A stretch of 63,594 nt of DNA, filler included, from Octopus bimaculoides (GCF_001194135.2; 4 parts of 3 records of this genome joined end to end with filler, not necessarily neighbours in it), one strand, 5' to 3'. Counted from the first letter of the whole stretch, positions 13,974-27,381 are shown. Translations and numbers: made by a program. Notes: generated from the sequence alone by a model not told the origin.

Positions 13974-15589
13974 GTATAAACACTTTTGGTTCAATTGTAA
14001 GATCACATTGAAATGTTTATTCAGCATTATACACTGTACGCACAGGTCAGTATTGCGTTGATGTTTGGGAGGTGATTCTCCTGCTCTGTCTTCATTAATA
14101 TTGTTTTCTACGCTAGGCACACGGCCCGAAATTTTGGGGGGGAGGGCTAGTCGATTAGATCGACCCTACTGCGCAAGTGGTACTTGATTTATCGACCCCG
14201 AAAGGATGAAAGGCAAAGTCGACCTCGGCAGAATTTCAACTCAGAACGTAAAGATAAACGAAATACCGCTAAGCATTTCGCCCGGCGTGCTAACGTTTCT
14301 TATTTCTTTACTGCCCACAAGGGGCTAAACATAGAGGGGACAAACAAGGACAGACAAACGGATTAAGTCGATCATATCGATTCCAGTGCGTAACTGCTAC
14401 TTATTTACTCGACCCCGAAAGGATGAAGGGCAAAGTCGACTTCGGTGGAATTTGAACTCAGAACGTAGCGGCAGACGAAATACCGCTAAGCATTTCGTCC
14501 GTCGTGTTAATGTTTCTACCAGCTCGCCGCCTTTATGCCTCCATAAATATTTAACGTATTCTTCTCAAAAAGAAAAAATTCGAACTGTTTTATTGAACTA
14601 TGCAACGGAAATATCCTGCTCTATCGTCCAGTTATTGCATCCAACACTGAAATAAATTAACTTTTCGACTAAAAGAAAACGTTTTTCTTCTTATAATTAT
14701 ATTTATTGTTTTATTAAAACAACAGACTGGAAATAGCTTGAAAATATATTTCATTTAAAAAATAATTTGCTCATTTTAAGTCGACATTAATCTAAATGAA
14801 TTCTTACGTTTTTCTTAGGAATATTTTTCGACCTATACCTCTTTGGATGGATTTGATTTCGGTTAATTTCATTTTCTACGTCTGTGTCTTCGAGTTATGT
14901 CGTATTTCGTGTGTGTGTGTGTGTCTGCGTGCGTGCGCGCATCTTTGTGTTTGTGCGTTTGTGTGTGTATGTATGTGTGTGTTTGTGCGTTTGTATGTCA
15001 GTTTGTGTGTTTGTGGGTGCATGGTGTGCATCTGTGTGCTTGTGAGTTCGTTTGTGTGTGCGTGTGCGTGTGTGTGTGTGTGTGCGTATGTGTGTGTGCA
15101 CGCGCGCGCGTATACACACAAATAAATCAAAATTCGTGTGTCCGCATTGCTCTCTCGTTTATAGGTCCAGCTACCCGGCGTCTACTTCTATAAATGGTAC
15201 ATATTTGGAATGAAAGCAGCATGCAACCATTCTTGGTGTTACTAATTTAGGTGTCATTAAAGGTTGTTGACACCCAAGAGAATGAGTCTGCATGCTATTA
15301 CGTCATGCAAGCACGTGCAGAGAAATTCGCATATACAAATACCAACATAGGGTATTTATTCCGCATTCCCGTGTACCAAAATAGTAGAAGAAAAAGTAGA
15401 GGATTACAAGTTGGTTATTGAAAGAAAATATTCTGTGGGTTTTTGTTTTGTTTGTCGAGTGGGATCTAGAAAATAAGAATGTCACAGCACAAATAGCCAA
15501 ACTTAAGGTTATGGGTGTTACGAATTTTCTCTTTTTTTTTTTCTTTTTTTTTAATGTCTGGTACAGAATGAAAGGGCATTATCTAAGTC

Positions 15590-16300
15590 AATATTGACCA
15601 TTTGAGCCCGTGGAGTTTGATGAAACAAAAATTCTGTTTAAAAAGCTGTAGCTCAATACCTGCCGGAAAGATATGATCAGAGTGAAGATTCTAGAGAGAG
15701 GAAGCTCTGAGGAGAAAGTCTTGGGCATAATGATTTCGTGAGAGCCAAGGTTTCGGACAAACTGTGACGAGAGATGAAAATGTGAGTGGGCCGTAAGTGC
15801 CAAATTAGTGAAGGTATGAGGCTAGCCAATTCCAAGGAACAAAGGTCATTATAATAATGGTAGTAAAGACAGAGAAGGTAAACGGTATACCTATAGGCCA
15901 GAGGCTGAAGTGTGTACATTAAGGATTGAACTGAATAGACAACTGGCTTTTCTCAGTGTTGCTCTTCAGGATATCTGAGTGCGTGAGAGTAAGCACCATT
16001 CCAAATATGGGAACAGTATTTCATAGTAGATATCACTTATTTCTTATAGAAAGTCAACAACTGTGTGGGTGGGGGATGAAATATTTTTTGGCCCTAAAGA
16101 CAGAAAAGGTACAGCTTTGAAATGTGTTCCTAGCTTTGCTAACGACTTGCTTTCGCCAGAAAACATCTATGATAGTGGAACCCAGCACTTGGCGTGATTG
16201 CAAGTCTTCTGAATGCTGATCATATGTAGTTGTAATTGAAAATTTTGTAGAATGATCTCCCTCAAAACACGCCGAGCTGGCGAAATCAGTTAAGAAGTGA
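15590..16300 (-). mobile_element. CR1/L2-group LINE, RT C-terminal remnant
   Basis: The minus strand reads LGSTI..FWRKQVVSKAR...FRAKKYF..QLLTFYK..MKYCSHIW and LQPLAYR..VYLLCLYYHYYNDLCSLELA, typical post-RT motifs of CR1/L2-like elements, with frameshifts. Confidence 0.65.
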
Positions 16301-16420
16301 CTGATACAAGAAATGAGTGGAACCAGAAAGTTCTTAAAATTGGTTGAGGTTTGTTGGTATATTGTGTATGAATATTGTGCTCTGATTTTGGTTTTCTATA
16401 GGAGGAGCGCTACAGAAATA

Positions 16421-18464
16421 CAGTGATATCTCGCAGTACGAGTATAATTCGTTCCATGACCGAGCTCATTTTACGAATTACTCGTTTTACAAATCAATTT
16501 TCCCCTTTGAAATTAACTAAAATATAATTAACCCGTTCTAGCCCTACAAAACCACCGGGTTATAAAGCAGAAAAGGTGTTGTTACAGATAAAATTACAAT
16601 TTTAAAAAAGTGAATGCATAAGAAATATATAAACTGGTTTTATTAACTGAATTACCTTAAAAATGGGACAATTTGTGCGCGAGGAAGATAATAGAGCNNN
16701 NNNNNNNTTTGGAAGGATAATCTCCTTCCATTAATACTTCATGAAGAACAATTTCTGGCGTTTTCTATCAATCTCAATTCTTTTAGTTTAGGCTTTTGGA
16801 CACACTATCTTCACTTTTTACACTTGCAGGTCGTTTCGTTAGAAACATATCAAGCGGAGTCAGCTTTTTCCTGCCTTTCAAAATGTTGATAAAATGCGCC
16901 ACAAGGTTATTAAATAAAGCAGCTGAACGACTTGTAGCTACTTTTTCGGGATGATATTTTTCTACAAATTTAGAAACATAGTACCACTTTTCCAACACTG
17001 CCTCAGCTATACTGCCAGGCCATATCGACGATTTTCAGGCAGTTTACAATGTTGTAGTGCTCCTTTCAAAACTCACGAGGGGTTAGGTTTGTATTTTCGG
17101 TGACTTCAAAGCACCGACGAAACAGGTGTTTGGTGTACGATTTCTTAAACTTAGAAATCACCTGTTGGTCCATGGGCTGCAAGAGAGAGATGGTGTTGTA
17201 TGAAAGGTACATAACTTTTATAAAAATAAATTAGTCCAGGATACCATCTTCGAGGTTAAGAGGTTGAGCAGGAGCATAGAAGAGGATGAGGAGGTCATTG
17301 AGAGAAAGAGTGTTCTCCAGAAGATAGTTTTTCACTGCTGGTCCGAAGACAAGGTTGACCCATTCGAAGAATTGCCTGGTGACCCAGGTTTTGACGTTTG
17401 CCCTCCACATCACCTGCAACTTCCCTTTCAGGATTTTGTGTGACTTGAACGCTAGTGGGTTTTCGGAATGATAGACATGAAGCGGCTTAATCTTCAAACC
17501 TCAACCTGCATTGGCACAAAGGGTTGTGGCCAGGCATTTTCTTCTCCTCTGCAGTTATGTAGGTTCTTCTGGACATTTTTACCAAAACACGCCAGTTTCA
17601 TCAAATTTGAATACCTGTTGTGTGATGTCACCTTCGGCTGCGATGAGCTGACTAAATTCATGCACGTAATCTTCAGCTGTATTCGTATCAGAACTCGCTG
17701 CTTCTCCATACCTGACGGCGCTATGAACACCAGTCCTCTTCTTGAAATTATCATACCAGCTGCGACTGGCCTTAAATGCATCTGCTGATGTCTCTTCCGT
17801 CGATGTTCCTGAGTTCTGCTTCAGAAGATCACCATACAGCACACGTGTTTTCTTGCAGACGATGGTCTCCATAATCGTATCCTCTGCGAGTTACTTCTCA
17901 TCGATCCAGAGAAGAAGCAATTTTCCCATCCTTTCGAGGAGAGATGTGCGTTGCTTAGAAACCCTTTGCTGTTGTAACGGCCTTAATCTCGTCTTTTTCT
18001 TGAGGATGGTGCAGATCATCTACCTGCTTCGGTCGTATTAACGTGCTATGTCAATTACACGCACTCCTCTCTCAGGTTTATCAACGATTTCCTTCTTCAG
18101 TTCTATCGTAATCAGCTTTTTCTTCTTTTCAGCACTGTCTTTTGCACTAATATTCTTAGGACCCACGGCTAACACAACTAATTATTATACAATAACAGCA
18201 AATACTGCACAAAACTAAACAAAATCACTGGGGAAAACACAAGAGGGATGTTCCCACAACGAGATAAACACCTGAACTGAATGAGCGGAGACTGCTCTTG
18301 TTAGGAGAGCGTGTGCGAGCTCAGCGCCGACTAGCGGTCGCTTGTATGAAACTCGCTTGTACTGCGGATTTCCGCTCGTACTTCAAGACAAAAATTCAGA
18401 TGAACCTCGGCTCGTACAGCAAATTACTCGTGCAATGGTGCACTTGTATTGTGAGGTTCTACTG
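16421..18464 (-). mobile_element. Tigger/pogo-family (Tc1/mariner superfamily) DNA transposon
   Basis: Imperfect TIRs cagtgatatctcgcagtacgagt / (rc) cagtagaacctcacaatacaagt, with TA on both sides (16419-16420 and 18465-18466) and transposase remnants inside. Confidence 0.9.
16760..18166 (-). pseudogene. Tigger/TIGD1-like DDE transposase pseudogene
   Basis: (V)GPKNISAKDSAEKKKKLITIELKKEIV; FKASRSWYDNFKKRTG..GEAASSD; QQVFKFDETGVFW; KPLHVYHSENP.AFK..L.VMWRANVKTWVT; KLTPLDMFLTKRP. Contains stops, frameshifts and an internal deletion. Confidence 0.88.
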
Positions 18465-19465
18465 TATTCTAAAACGTTAGCCTAGCAATGCTCGTGTTAA
18501 GAAATGCCGTCTCATTATAAACTCTTCAGGTAGGAAAGAGCAGTCTATCGGGCCTTTCCTGGATCAGCATGGAGCGTAGAAAGAGACTTGAAATCACTTG
18601 CTAAACACCTGAATATTGCTAACTTGTGCAGTGACTTTGAGCAGCTAAATAAATTATAAAATAGATCAGCTAGCAGCTGTAATAGGTCACCGCTCTTCCT
18701 CCCTTTAGCTAGGAAGTGTAACGTTCATAGGTCTGCTCCGGATTGTAGCGTAAAGGACCAGCTTTTCCATAGTAGACACAGGATGTGGAGCGACGGACAT
18801 GATAGCTTAGAGTACTTACTTATGCCCTTTTATGTTCTTTCTCTGAAATCCATAAGCGTCGACTTACCTTATTAACTTTCATAGATTGATAGAATAAAGT
18901 AGCATTAAAGTAAAGGATTCCAGAGATGGAAATCATTAAATTCTAATTAGGTGTTTATGGAAATAAAGATGATGCGGCTTGGATTTTTAGCACAAACTGT
19001 TTTCCATTGATGAATAGTTTTGCAGACATTTCTATTCATAAATTGACATAAACTTGTGACGTCGGCAGCAACAATAGTTATTTGTTCTCATATATGTCAG
19101 TCGTGAATAGGTATATATATATATATATATATATATACGTGTGTGTGTGCGCACATATGCTAATAATGTGCATGTCTGTTTGTGTGAATAAATGCCTTTA
19201 TATGTAGGTACATATCTTGTTTTTTTTTTTGTGTGCGAGTATGCGAGTATGTGTACTAAAAATACCAGTTCATTAATGAATTAACTTTTTTTTGTTATTT
19301 GATCTGGAGTTTTGTTAATGAGAGAACTGTAGTGTAAAGTGAAATAATGCAAATACTACAATGACGTCGTTCATGAATTCCTAAAGAAAAAAAGCTGCAA
19401 TATTTTTGCATACATAAAGCTAAAGAATAATAAAAATAACAATAATAATAATGATAATAATAATA

Positions 19466-19498
<33 letters not shown>

Positions 19499-19633
19499 AT
19501 GATGATAATGATGATGATGATGACAATAATAATAATAATAATAATAATAATATCGTTCACCAGATAACAAATGGCACTTTTCTTTTAATTTTGACTCTAT
19601 ATCTTCAGGAGGAGTTACCTCAATCCTTTCTAT

Positions 19634-19679
<46 letters not shown>

Positions 19680-20367
19680 NNNNNNNNNNNNNNNNNNNNN
19701 NNNNNNNNNNNNNNNNNNNNNNNNNNNNNNNNNNNNNNNNNNNNNNNNNNNNNNNNNNNNNNNNNNNNNNNNNNNNNNNNNNNNNNNNNNNNNNNNNNNN
19801 NNNNNNNNNNNNNNNNNNNNNNNNNNNNNNNNNNNNNNNNNNNNNNNNNNNNNNNNNNNNNNNNNNNNNNNNNNNNNNNNNNNNNNNNNNNNNNNNNNNN
19901 NNNNNNNNNNNNNNNNNNNNNNNNNNNNNNNNNNNNNNNNNNNNNNNNNNNNNNNNNNNNNNNNNNNNNNNNNNNNNNNNNNNNNNNNNNNNNNNNNNNN
20001 NNNNNNNNNNNNNNNNNNNNNNNNNNNNNNNNNNNNNNNNNNNNNNNNNNNNNNNNNNNNNNNNNNNNNNNNNNNNNNNNNNNNNNNNNNNNNNNNNNNN
20101 NNNNNNNNNNNNNNNNNNNNNNNNNNNNNNNNNNNNNNNNNNNNNNNNNNNNNNNNNNNNNNNNNNNNNNNNNNNNNNNNNNNNNNNNNNNNNNNNNNNN
20201 NNNNNNNNNNNNNNNNNNNNNNNNNNNNNNNNNNNNNNNNNNNNNNNNNNNNNNNNNNNNNNNNNNNNNNNNNNNNNNNNNNNNNNNNNNNNNNNNNNNN
20301 NNNNNNNNNNNNNNNNNNNNNNNNNNNNNNNNNNNNNNNNNNNNNNNNNNNNNNNNNNNNNNNNNNC

Positions 20368-20720
20368 AGCAGATGACAACGTTTCTCTAAAAGAAATGGA
20401 AAAACTTTCAAAATACAAAGACCTGGAAATAGAGGTAACTCGAATGTGGAATCTAAAAACAGAAACAATTCCTATTATAGTAGGTGCCTTAGGTATAATA
20501 AAAAAATATTCAGACAAATACATAACAAAAACACCAGGACTTACAAATATATATAACATACAGAAAATTGCACTACTGGGCACTGCACACGTCCTACGCA
20601 AAACAATTTCAATACAGCAAACATAAGAGCATCACAGCAAACCACAGCACATACCCAAGGCACACAGAGCTGCGCTCGGTAGTGAAGTGAAAGCACGTTA
20701 TAAAAATTAAACTACTAAAC
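20368..20720 (+). mobile_element. R4/Dong-like non-LTR retrotransposon 3' end (restriction-like endonuclease domain), copy 1
   Basis: DDNVSLKEMEKLSKYKDLEIEVTRMWNLKTETIPIIVGALG...LGTAHVLRK plus 3' UTR and (AAT)n tail. The 5' part is in the 19680-20367 gap, and (AAT)n precedes the gap. Confidence 0.8.
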
Positions 20721-20949
20721 AATAATAATAATAATAACGTTGATGATGATAATAATGATGATAACGTGGACGAGGAGGAGGAGGATCTGTTTTATTTGTC
20801 CCAGAGGCAAAGATGGCGGGGTGGGGACATCACAAGGACAGACAAAAATTTCTGTGGAGATTTACACACAAAAGGATGGGGATAAAGTCGTGGAAAAGTA
20901 TAAGTAGTATATACAAAGCATGAGATATACGTGAATGATGCATTCTTCC

Positions 20950-21140
20950 AGCGTCGCAGCGGAGGAGTCTTGGTTATGGCTAATGAACGGAGACCTTAAG
21001 AAAAAAAAACAAAAACGGAAGGGTTTATAATGGTTGCTCTAAGTCAGTCATTGCGGACGAATATCGTTAAAGCTAAAATAGACAAATCCATGAGAAATAC
21101 AAAGTGCAGAGTGTATAATGAGAAGGTAATATTATAGAGC
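20950..21140 (+). mobile_element. Older R4-like LINE fragment (pre-zinc-knuckle region)
   Basis: EESWLWLMNGDLKK..TEGFIMVALSQSLRTNIVKAKIDKS...KCRV resembles the W.WL..G.LK.ETEG.I.AAQDQ.LRT motif of REL-clade LINEs. Confidence 0.6.
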
Positions 21141-23448
21141 CAAAATTCATTGTTATAGAAATAAACGAAACGGCAAGCGAAGAACTTGGTAGTTTTTGAA
21201 GAGTCACCCGAGGAGGCGCATCTGTACTTATGCTGTACGACAGTTATTTGTACAGTATCTCAGCTGTAAGGTACCAGTGCATGATGGATCGAAATGATCG
21301 AAGTGGTTCTGAATGAAGTGTCCCGTAAATTCCATTTTTCTGTCTCTCACATGTTTTATATAGAGTCTACAGACACAAAGCAATTGTGAACTAAATCCAG
21401 TGTAAAAACCATACAATATAATTTCCAGGAGATGCTGTCTCTGCTCCGAGAAATCCCTGTCTAATAGACAGGGATTTATGTGGACTAGCTAGAAGATAAT
21501 TAATAGAATTTCTGAACGACTCTCGAGATGCCTACACGCATATAAATGTACTTTCACACAATGCAGTGAGAATGAATTTTGAGTAACCGTTAACTTAATT
21601 TACTTTTAGGTATGGATGACTTAAGTTTACTTTTAAGCTCCCCATTCTTATAAACACCAAGTTGATAAATAACTCGCTTTGTGATCATGAGTACACCAAA
21701 CCTCACGTGTGCGTATGCTCATATTTTTGCGGATACTTGTATGAGCGAGTGTAGGCGATTATACATCCATATTTGTTAACGGTTATTTTTAATACTTTTC
21801 TCACTAGATTGCGTGTTCGTTTCCCTTTTTGTCATCTGTGATTTTATTTTTGATCTTCTATAGAAATGAAGTTATTTTTACTCCGTCTGGCTGCTTTTCT
21901 CTCTACAAAACGTAAAGTTACATTGCGGAACAGTCATTTAAGGAGTTGTATTTATTTATCACCCGACGAGATACGTCTGCACCACAGGATGCTCCTGAAC
22001 CAGTTGTTGAGTGTCCCACCCAAGAGGAATCGATGCTAGATGTGTCGAAACAATTGTCGCGATTAATAATAAATTCTCGTATATTCCATCTATCTTTCNN
22101 NNNNNNNNNNNNNNNNNNNNNNNNNNNNNNNNNNNNNNNNNNNNNNNNNNNNNNNNNNNNNNNNNNNNNNNNNNNNNNNNNNNNNNNNNNNNNNNNNNNN
22201 NNNNNNNNNNNNNNNNNNNNNNNNNNNNNNNNNNNNNNNNNNNNNNNNNNNNNNNNNNNNNNNNNNNNNNNNNNNNNNNNNNNNNNNNNNNNNNNNNNNN
22301 NNNNNNNNNNNNNNNNNNNNNNNNNNNNNNNNNNNNNNNNNNNNNNNNNNNNNNNNNNNNNNNNNNNNNNNNNNNNNNNNNNNNNNNNNNNNNNNNNNNN
22401 NNNNNNNNNNNNNNNNNNNNNNNNNNNNNNNNNNNNNNNNNNNNNNNNNNNNNNNNNNNNNNNNNNNNNNNNNNNNNNNNNNNNNNNNNNNNNNNNNNNN
22501 NNNNNNNNNNNNNNNNNNNNNNNAAAAAAAAAAAAAAAAAAAACGGGAAAAAGACAAAAATATTTTCGGACCGAAATTTTAGTGCCTGTGAAAGAAATTT
22601 GACAGTATTTACTTCTAGGCTTTAAAATAATGATATAATTATTAATTAAAAGTAACTTAAAATTACCTCTTAAACAACTGTTTACCGGAAAATATTAATT
22701 GGATATTGTACGAGTGCATGTGCGTGTGTATATGTGTATGATTGCATGCGTGGTTGCTGATATTTTGAACTTCAGAATTGTGTTTGGTTTTGTAATATAT
22801 TTTTCATTTAGCCTATTAAACATATTTTCATATAGTATTGTTTGTTTTTATGTTTGGAATTTTGTTTTGCTGTGTTTTGTTTGTTTTTACTGGTTGTTGA
22901 TGTTGTTGTTGCTTCCCTTAAACTTTAATTATCTGCAAACTATAATTCTATGAGCAGATAGGTTAACTACTGCTCAGCAATAAACATAAATTAAGTGATT
23001 CATCAGGTGCTAGTTGTTAAGTAATGTGTGTGTGTGTGTGTTTATGTGTTGTGTTGTGTATGTGCATGCATGTATGTATGTATGTATGTATGCATGTACG
23101 TATGTATGCATGAATGTATGCATGAATGTATGCATGTACGTACATACGTATTAATATATGTATGTATGTATATGGATATATAATTTCACATTATTTTCAA
23201 ATAATTCACATAAAGGCATATATCTCTATTCTAAAGGTCTATGTTTCAATATAGTTAATTGCTTAATGTTATTTGTCGATTACATGCACACACACACACA
23301 CACACGTGCATGCATATTAATGTATGTAAAGGTATGTAACAGTGCGTGTGGATGTGTGTGTGTGTATGTGTCTGTAAACTTACGTGTATGGTAAGAGAAT
23401 TCATTTCTATACCATATATCTTTGTCTCAGTCCATTGACATTGGCTAA

Positions 23449-23790
23449 TTATTCGTTAGTCCGTCGTTGTGGTCGATGACCAAAGACATCACAGCGAGAA
23501 GACGAGACATGGTATGTCTGGCTGTCCCCTATCAGCCTGATGCGTGATCGGAAGGCTCTTCCACAGTTCTGGCACTGGTGGTATCCAGGGACGGAAGGTA
23601 AGATGTTGGCTTTGGATTTGCGCTGTTCGCGTTTTCTTCGTGCTCCTCCGATCCTATTCTGTTCCCAGGCGGTGGCATTTCTACGGGTGCAACTTCTCCA
23701 GCCATGACGGTCTTGCGCCCGTGCTTCCATGTGTTGGGGGTTAATCTGGAAGCCCTGCAATAAGGCTTTGAGTGTGTCCTTGAACACAAC
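23449..23790 (-). mobile_element. RTE-clade LINE 3' end with a C-terminal zinc-finger-like motif
   Basis: FKDTLKA.LQGFQINPQHMEARAQDRHGWR...KREQRK...CQNCGRAFRSRI.LI, typical of RTE/BovB-like C-termini. Confidence 0.75.
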
Positions 23791-24104
23791 AACAACAGCA
23801 ACAACAACAACAAGCTCAAATTAAAGACAGTAACATTATGAACTACATGGCAATAAACTCAAAACACGATGAATTAATGAAATACAAACACGCACAAACA
23901 TTACACCAAAAGACTTTGTCACACCCACATTCTCCCTACCTGCACACATACAAATCATTCACAAACACAAAATATATACACACATTTAAAATCCCAATTC
24001 CCACAAGAAATCGGAGATTCTTGGGGATTTGCTGTTGGAAACATCTCAAGCCGCCCCACCAAAAAAGACCAAGCAAGTTTTCCCTTTCTTTCCTTCACTT
24101 TTTC

Positions 24105-25960
24105 TGACAACATCGTCGTGTATATAACAGGCAGCGTGAATGTACATGGCCTGGGTCACCTTGGAAGCGGGGTCATCTGCTCAACGACATCAGGGAACTG
24201 AATGTCAACGTGGTGGCCATTAGCGAAACCAGAATTTCCGGCTCACGGGATTTCCGACCTATTTTTGGTGATTATGATGTGTATGCATCTCCAAGTCGTC
24301 CGGGAGCAGGAGATGGAGTCGCCGTGATGGCAGATTTCTTCAGACGTCTGGAATTTATAGATGGCAAATTTCTTCAGACGTCTGGAAACTTTCCTGGAAA
24401 CGTCCTGCTCTCAGAGCCGTTCAACATCATGCGCTCAGTCCGACAAGGTTGTTCCCTCTCGTCTTTCTTAAACGTTGTGACTCTCGAGCCACTACTACAT
24501 AAACTGGAGACGTTGAAAAGCATCCCGCGTGACCTAGGACGTGGGAAATGCATGTCGGCATATGCCGAGGACGTCACTGTAATGGTGTCGAATCACAGAA
24601 ATGATCGGCACCGTTCTCAAGGACTACGAGGCAGTTTCAGGGACGACAATTAACCAGGAAAAATCAGTGGGCTTGCGGCTCGGCACCTGGAGAAGCAAGT
24701 TCATACCGTCCAGGTGGACAACAACTAGGACGACGTACGCGAACAGGGTAACTATTCTCATCCAGAAATGGGCCGAGAGAAAACTATCCCTGAAAGGTCG
24801 GGCAGAGGTGGCTAACGCGTATATCGCGTCCGTCATCTACTATCGCCTGACTGTCGTGCCTTGTCCTGGCCACCGTCTGATTACGCTGGAGCGTTTACTC
24901 TTCCGCTTCTTGTGGAAGGGACGTGTTCCGATGGTTAGGTGGTCTATTTGCTGTCAGCATTCGCTACGTGGTGGCCTGGGCATGCCGTGGCTGATGTTGC
25001 GTAGACATGTGCTAAGGCTATGACATCTCCAGTGCTTCCTTGACGGTGAACAGGTGTGGTCACCATTCACCAAACACATATTCCCGCAGCTAGTTTCTTT
25101 CATGAAACTGCAGTCCTGGGTAAAACAGAGACCTACTGAGAGCATTTGGAAAGTGGGATGTCTTCAAGCGCTCACAGCCCTCAGCCAATCGGACAGTGCG
25201 ATAGGTTAACGTCAACTTTAGTTTTTTATAGAGGTTTAGTGGAGAAAAATTGCGACGACGTTCTTGGGGAGACCTTGGGCGTCGAAGATCAGCTAGTCGC
25301 TCTTTTCTGGAGAACTTTTGGGCCAGGACCGATGGATAATTTCCAAAAATCTCTAGCCTGGTAGTGCTACCAGGGAGTTTTTCCTTCTCGAGAAAAACTT
25401 TACAGGCACGGTAGTGCCGTCAGCCGAGCATGTCTGAGATGCGCGCAGGGCAACGAGACGGTCCTGCATGCACTCGTCCAGTGCCCGTGCATTGATGATC
25501 TGTGGGTTTGTGCTGAACACGTGCTGTTGTGTGTGGGACGGATCCGGTTGTCAACTAAATACATCACGAAGATCGCCCTGCTGCCTTCCTTTAACCGGGA
25601 AGGAAAGGCTGTTTTTATATGCTTGGTGGCTATGGCGAAGGAGGTTATGTGGTGGACGAGAATGAAGGGGCTGAAGATTAACACATTTCCCTTTGGCCAG
25701 TTCCTAATGAACTTTTCACTGGAAAAGGAAAATAATTGTAGAGAGGGAAGTGTTGTTTCTTGTCAGTTTGCTGAAAAATAGATGAAAGTGGCGAGATTGG
25801 TGCAGATGAACGGGCCTGTCTCAGCATACGCCTGTAGTTGGAAAAAGCAAAGGAAACGGAAAAAGGCACCGTCCCGAAAAGATAGGGTGCTCATGGGTTT
25901 TGCTGGGTTTTTTCCATGAGTAGCCCTCGAACGTCTCCTCCCTACTGAGGATTACACATT
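24105..25960 (+). mobile_element. Internally deleted Tx1/L1-clade LINE pseudogene
   Basis: APE start VVAISETRI; RT motifs SVRQGCSLS..TLEPLL and AYAEDVT (YADD motif mutated); NQEKSVGL; KLSLKGRAEVANAYIASVIYYRL; C-terminal CLRCAQGNETVLHALVQC. Confidence 0.88.
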
Positions 25961-26122
25961 GTTGATCTCTCTTTTTGTTTTATTAGTCTTGTTTACACGC
26001 AAAACCCTCACAGCTACACACAGAAACGCACACTCATTTTTTGTTTTGTCCTGTGCTGTCCATGTTTTGCTTCATGTAAATTCTTGTGCTTAATAAAGAA
26101 ACCATTATTGTTATTATTATTA

Positions 26123-26223
<101 letters not shown>

Positions 26224-26227
26224 ATTA

Positions 26228-26676
26228 TTGAGTGAGAGAGCAGTGCATGCCATCAAAGTGACACTGGGGTAAAATATACGAAGCCCATTATACCCATCAT
26301 AACTACCCGTCTGATAAGGGTACACCAGGCACATGCATCACAACCATATGTGCGCGACATGGTGATCTCATATCAATATAAACAGCGCATGACCTCGCAG
26401 GCGGTGCCCAGTTAGAATCTTCTTCAAGTCGAGTAGCCCATCCTGCTCAAAAGGTCCCTGAATAAGGTTTGTTTAAGGATGTTGAACAAAACACACACGT
26501 TTCCAAAGGTGAATTAGTCAAACCCCAAAGAATTTCTCTCAATACATGGCTATGATGCTCCCCCACTACTTGTGCTCATGATCAAAGATGCACATATCGT
26601 CAGCCAGCAAGGGACATGCTCAACTGGTTAAGGTCACACAACTGACAAGCAAATCTGTGGTATTGAGCAGAATATT
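26228..26676 (-). mobile_element. Unclassified retroposon with an (AAT/AAC)n tail; relatives at 58088-58850 (-), 38140-38350 and 56515-56575 (+)
   Basis: High similarity between 26270-26676 and 58100-58500. The minus strand ends ...gcatgcactgctctctcactc(aat)n. Confidence 0.6.
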
Positions 26677-26697
26677 ATTATCATCATTATTATTATT

Positions 26698-26750
<53 letters not shown>

Positions 26751-26770
26751 TATTATTATTATTATTATTA

Positions 26771-26807
<37 letters not shown>

Positions 26808-27043
26808 GGCGGCGAGCTGGCAGAATTGCTAGTATGCCGTGCAAAAATGCTTAGTGGCATTTCGTCTCTCTTTACGTTCTGAGTTTAAATTTTGCTGAGG
26901 TCGACTTTGCCTTTCATGCTTTCGGGGTCGATGAAATAAGTACCAGTTGAGCACTGGGGTTGATTACATCGACTAGACCTCTCCTCCAATATTTCAGAAG
27001 CTGTACCCTTAGCAGAAAGTATTGTTATTATTATTATTATTAT

Positions 27044-27325
27044 TCAGTAGTTTTATTTTTATAACGTGCTTTCACTTCACTACCGAGCGCAGCTCTGTGC
27101 GCCTTGGGTATGTGCTGTGGTTTGCTGTGGTGCTCTTATGTTTACTGTATTGAAAGTGTTTTGCGTAGAATGTGTGCAGTACCCAGTAGTGCAATTTTCT
27201 GTATGTTATATATATTTGTAAGTCCTGGTATTTTTGTTATGTATTTGTCTGAATATTTTTTTATTATACCTAAGGCACCTACTATGATAGGAATTGTTTC
27301 TGTTTTTAGATTCCACATTCGAGTT
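27044..27325 (-). mobile_element. R4/Dong-like LINE 3' end, copy 2
   Basis: Near-identical reverse complement of copy 3; (TTA)n on its left and an N gap on its right. Confidence 0.8.
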
Positions 27326-27369
27326 NNNNNNNNNNNNNNNNNNNNNNNNNNNNNNNNNNNNNNNNNNNN

Positions 27370-27381
27370 TTAATTAATTAA
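27370..27381. other. Assembly linker TTAATTAATTAA within an N gap (also at 38084-38095 and 55849-55860)
   Basis: The same 12-mer, with stop codons in all six frames, appears three times, each flanked by ~43-45 N on both sides. Confidence 0.9.

Noticed and set aside
16402-18530. Apparent exon (ttttctatag|GAGGAGCGC...) interrupted by the Tigger element and ending at a gtagga donor
   Set aside because: After removing the transposon, all three frames contain stops (best: EERYRNILKR*). There is no homology to WDR63, and the flank looks like LINE debris.
21861-21910. Possible signal-peptide-like mini-exon MKLFLLRLAAFLSTK
   Set aside because: Weak donor, no partner exons and repeat-like surroundings; consistent with chance.
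27370-27381. TTAATTAATTAA islands repeated three times inside N runs
   Set aside because: Identical 12-mer with stops in six frames and symmetric N padding: a scaffolding linker, not biology.
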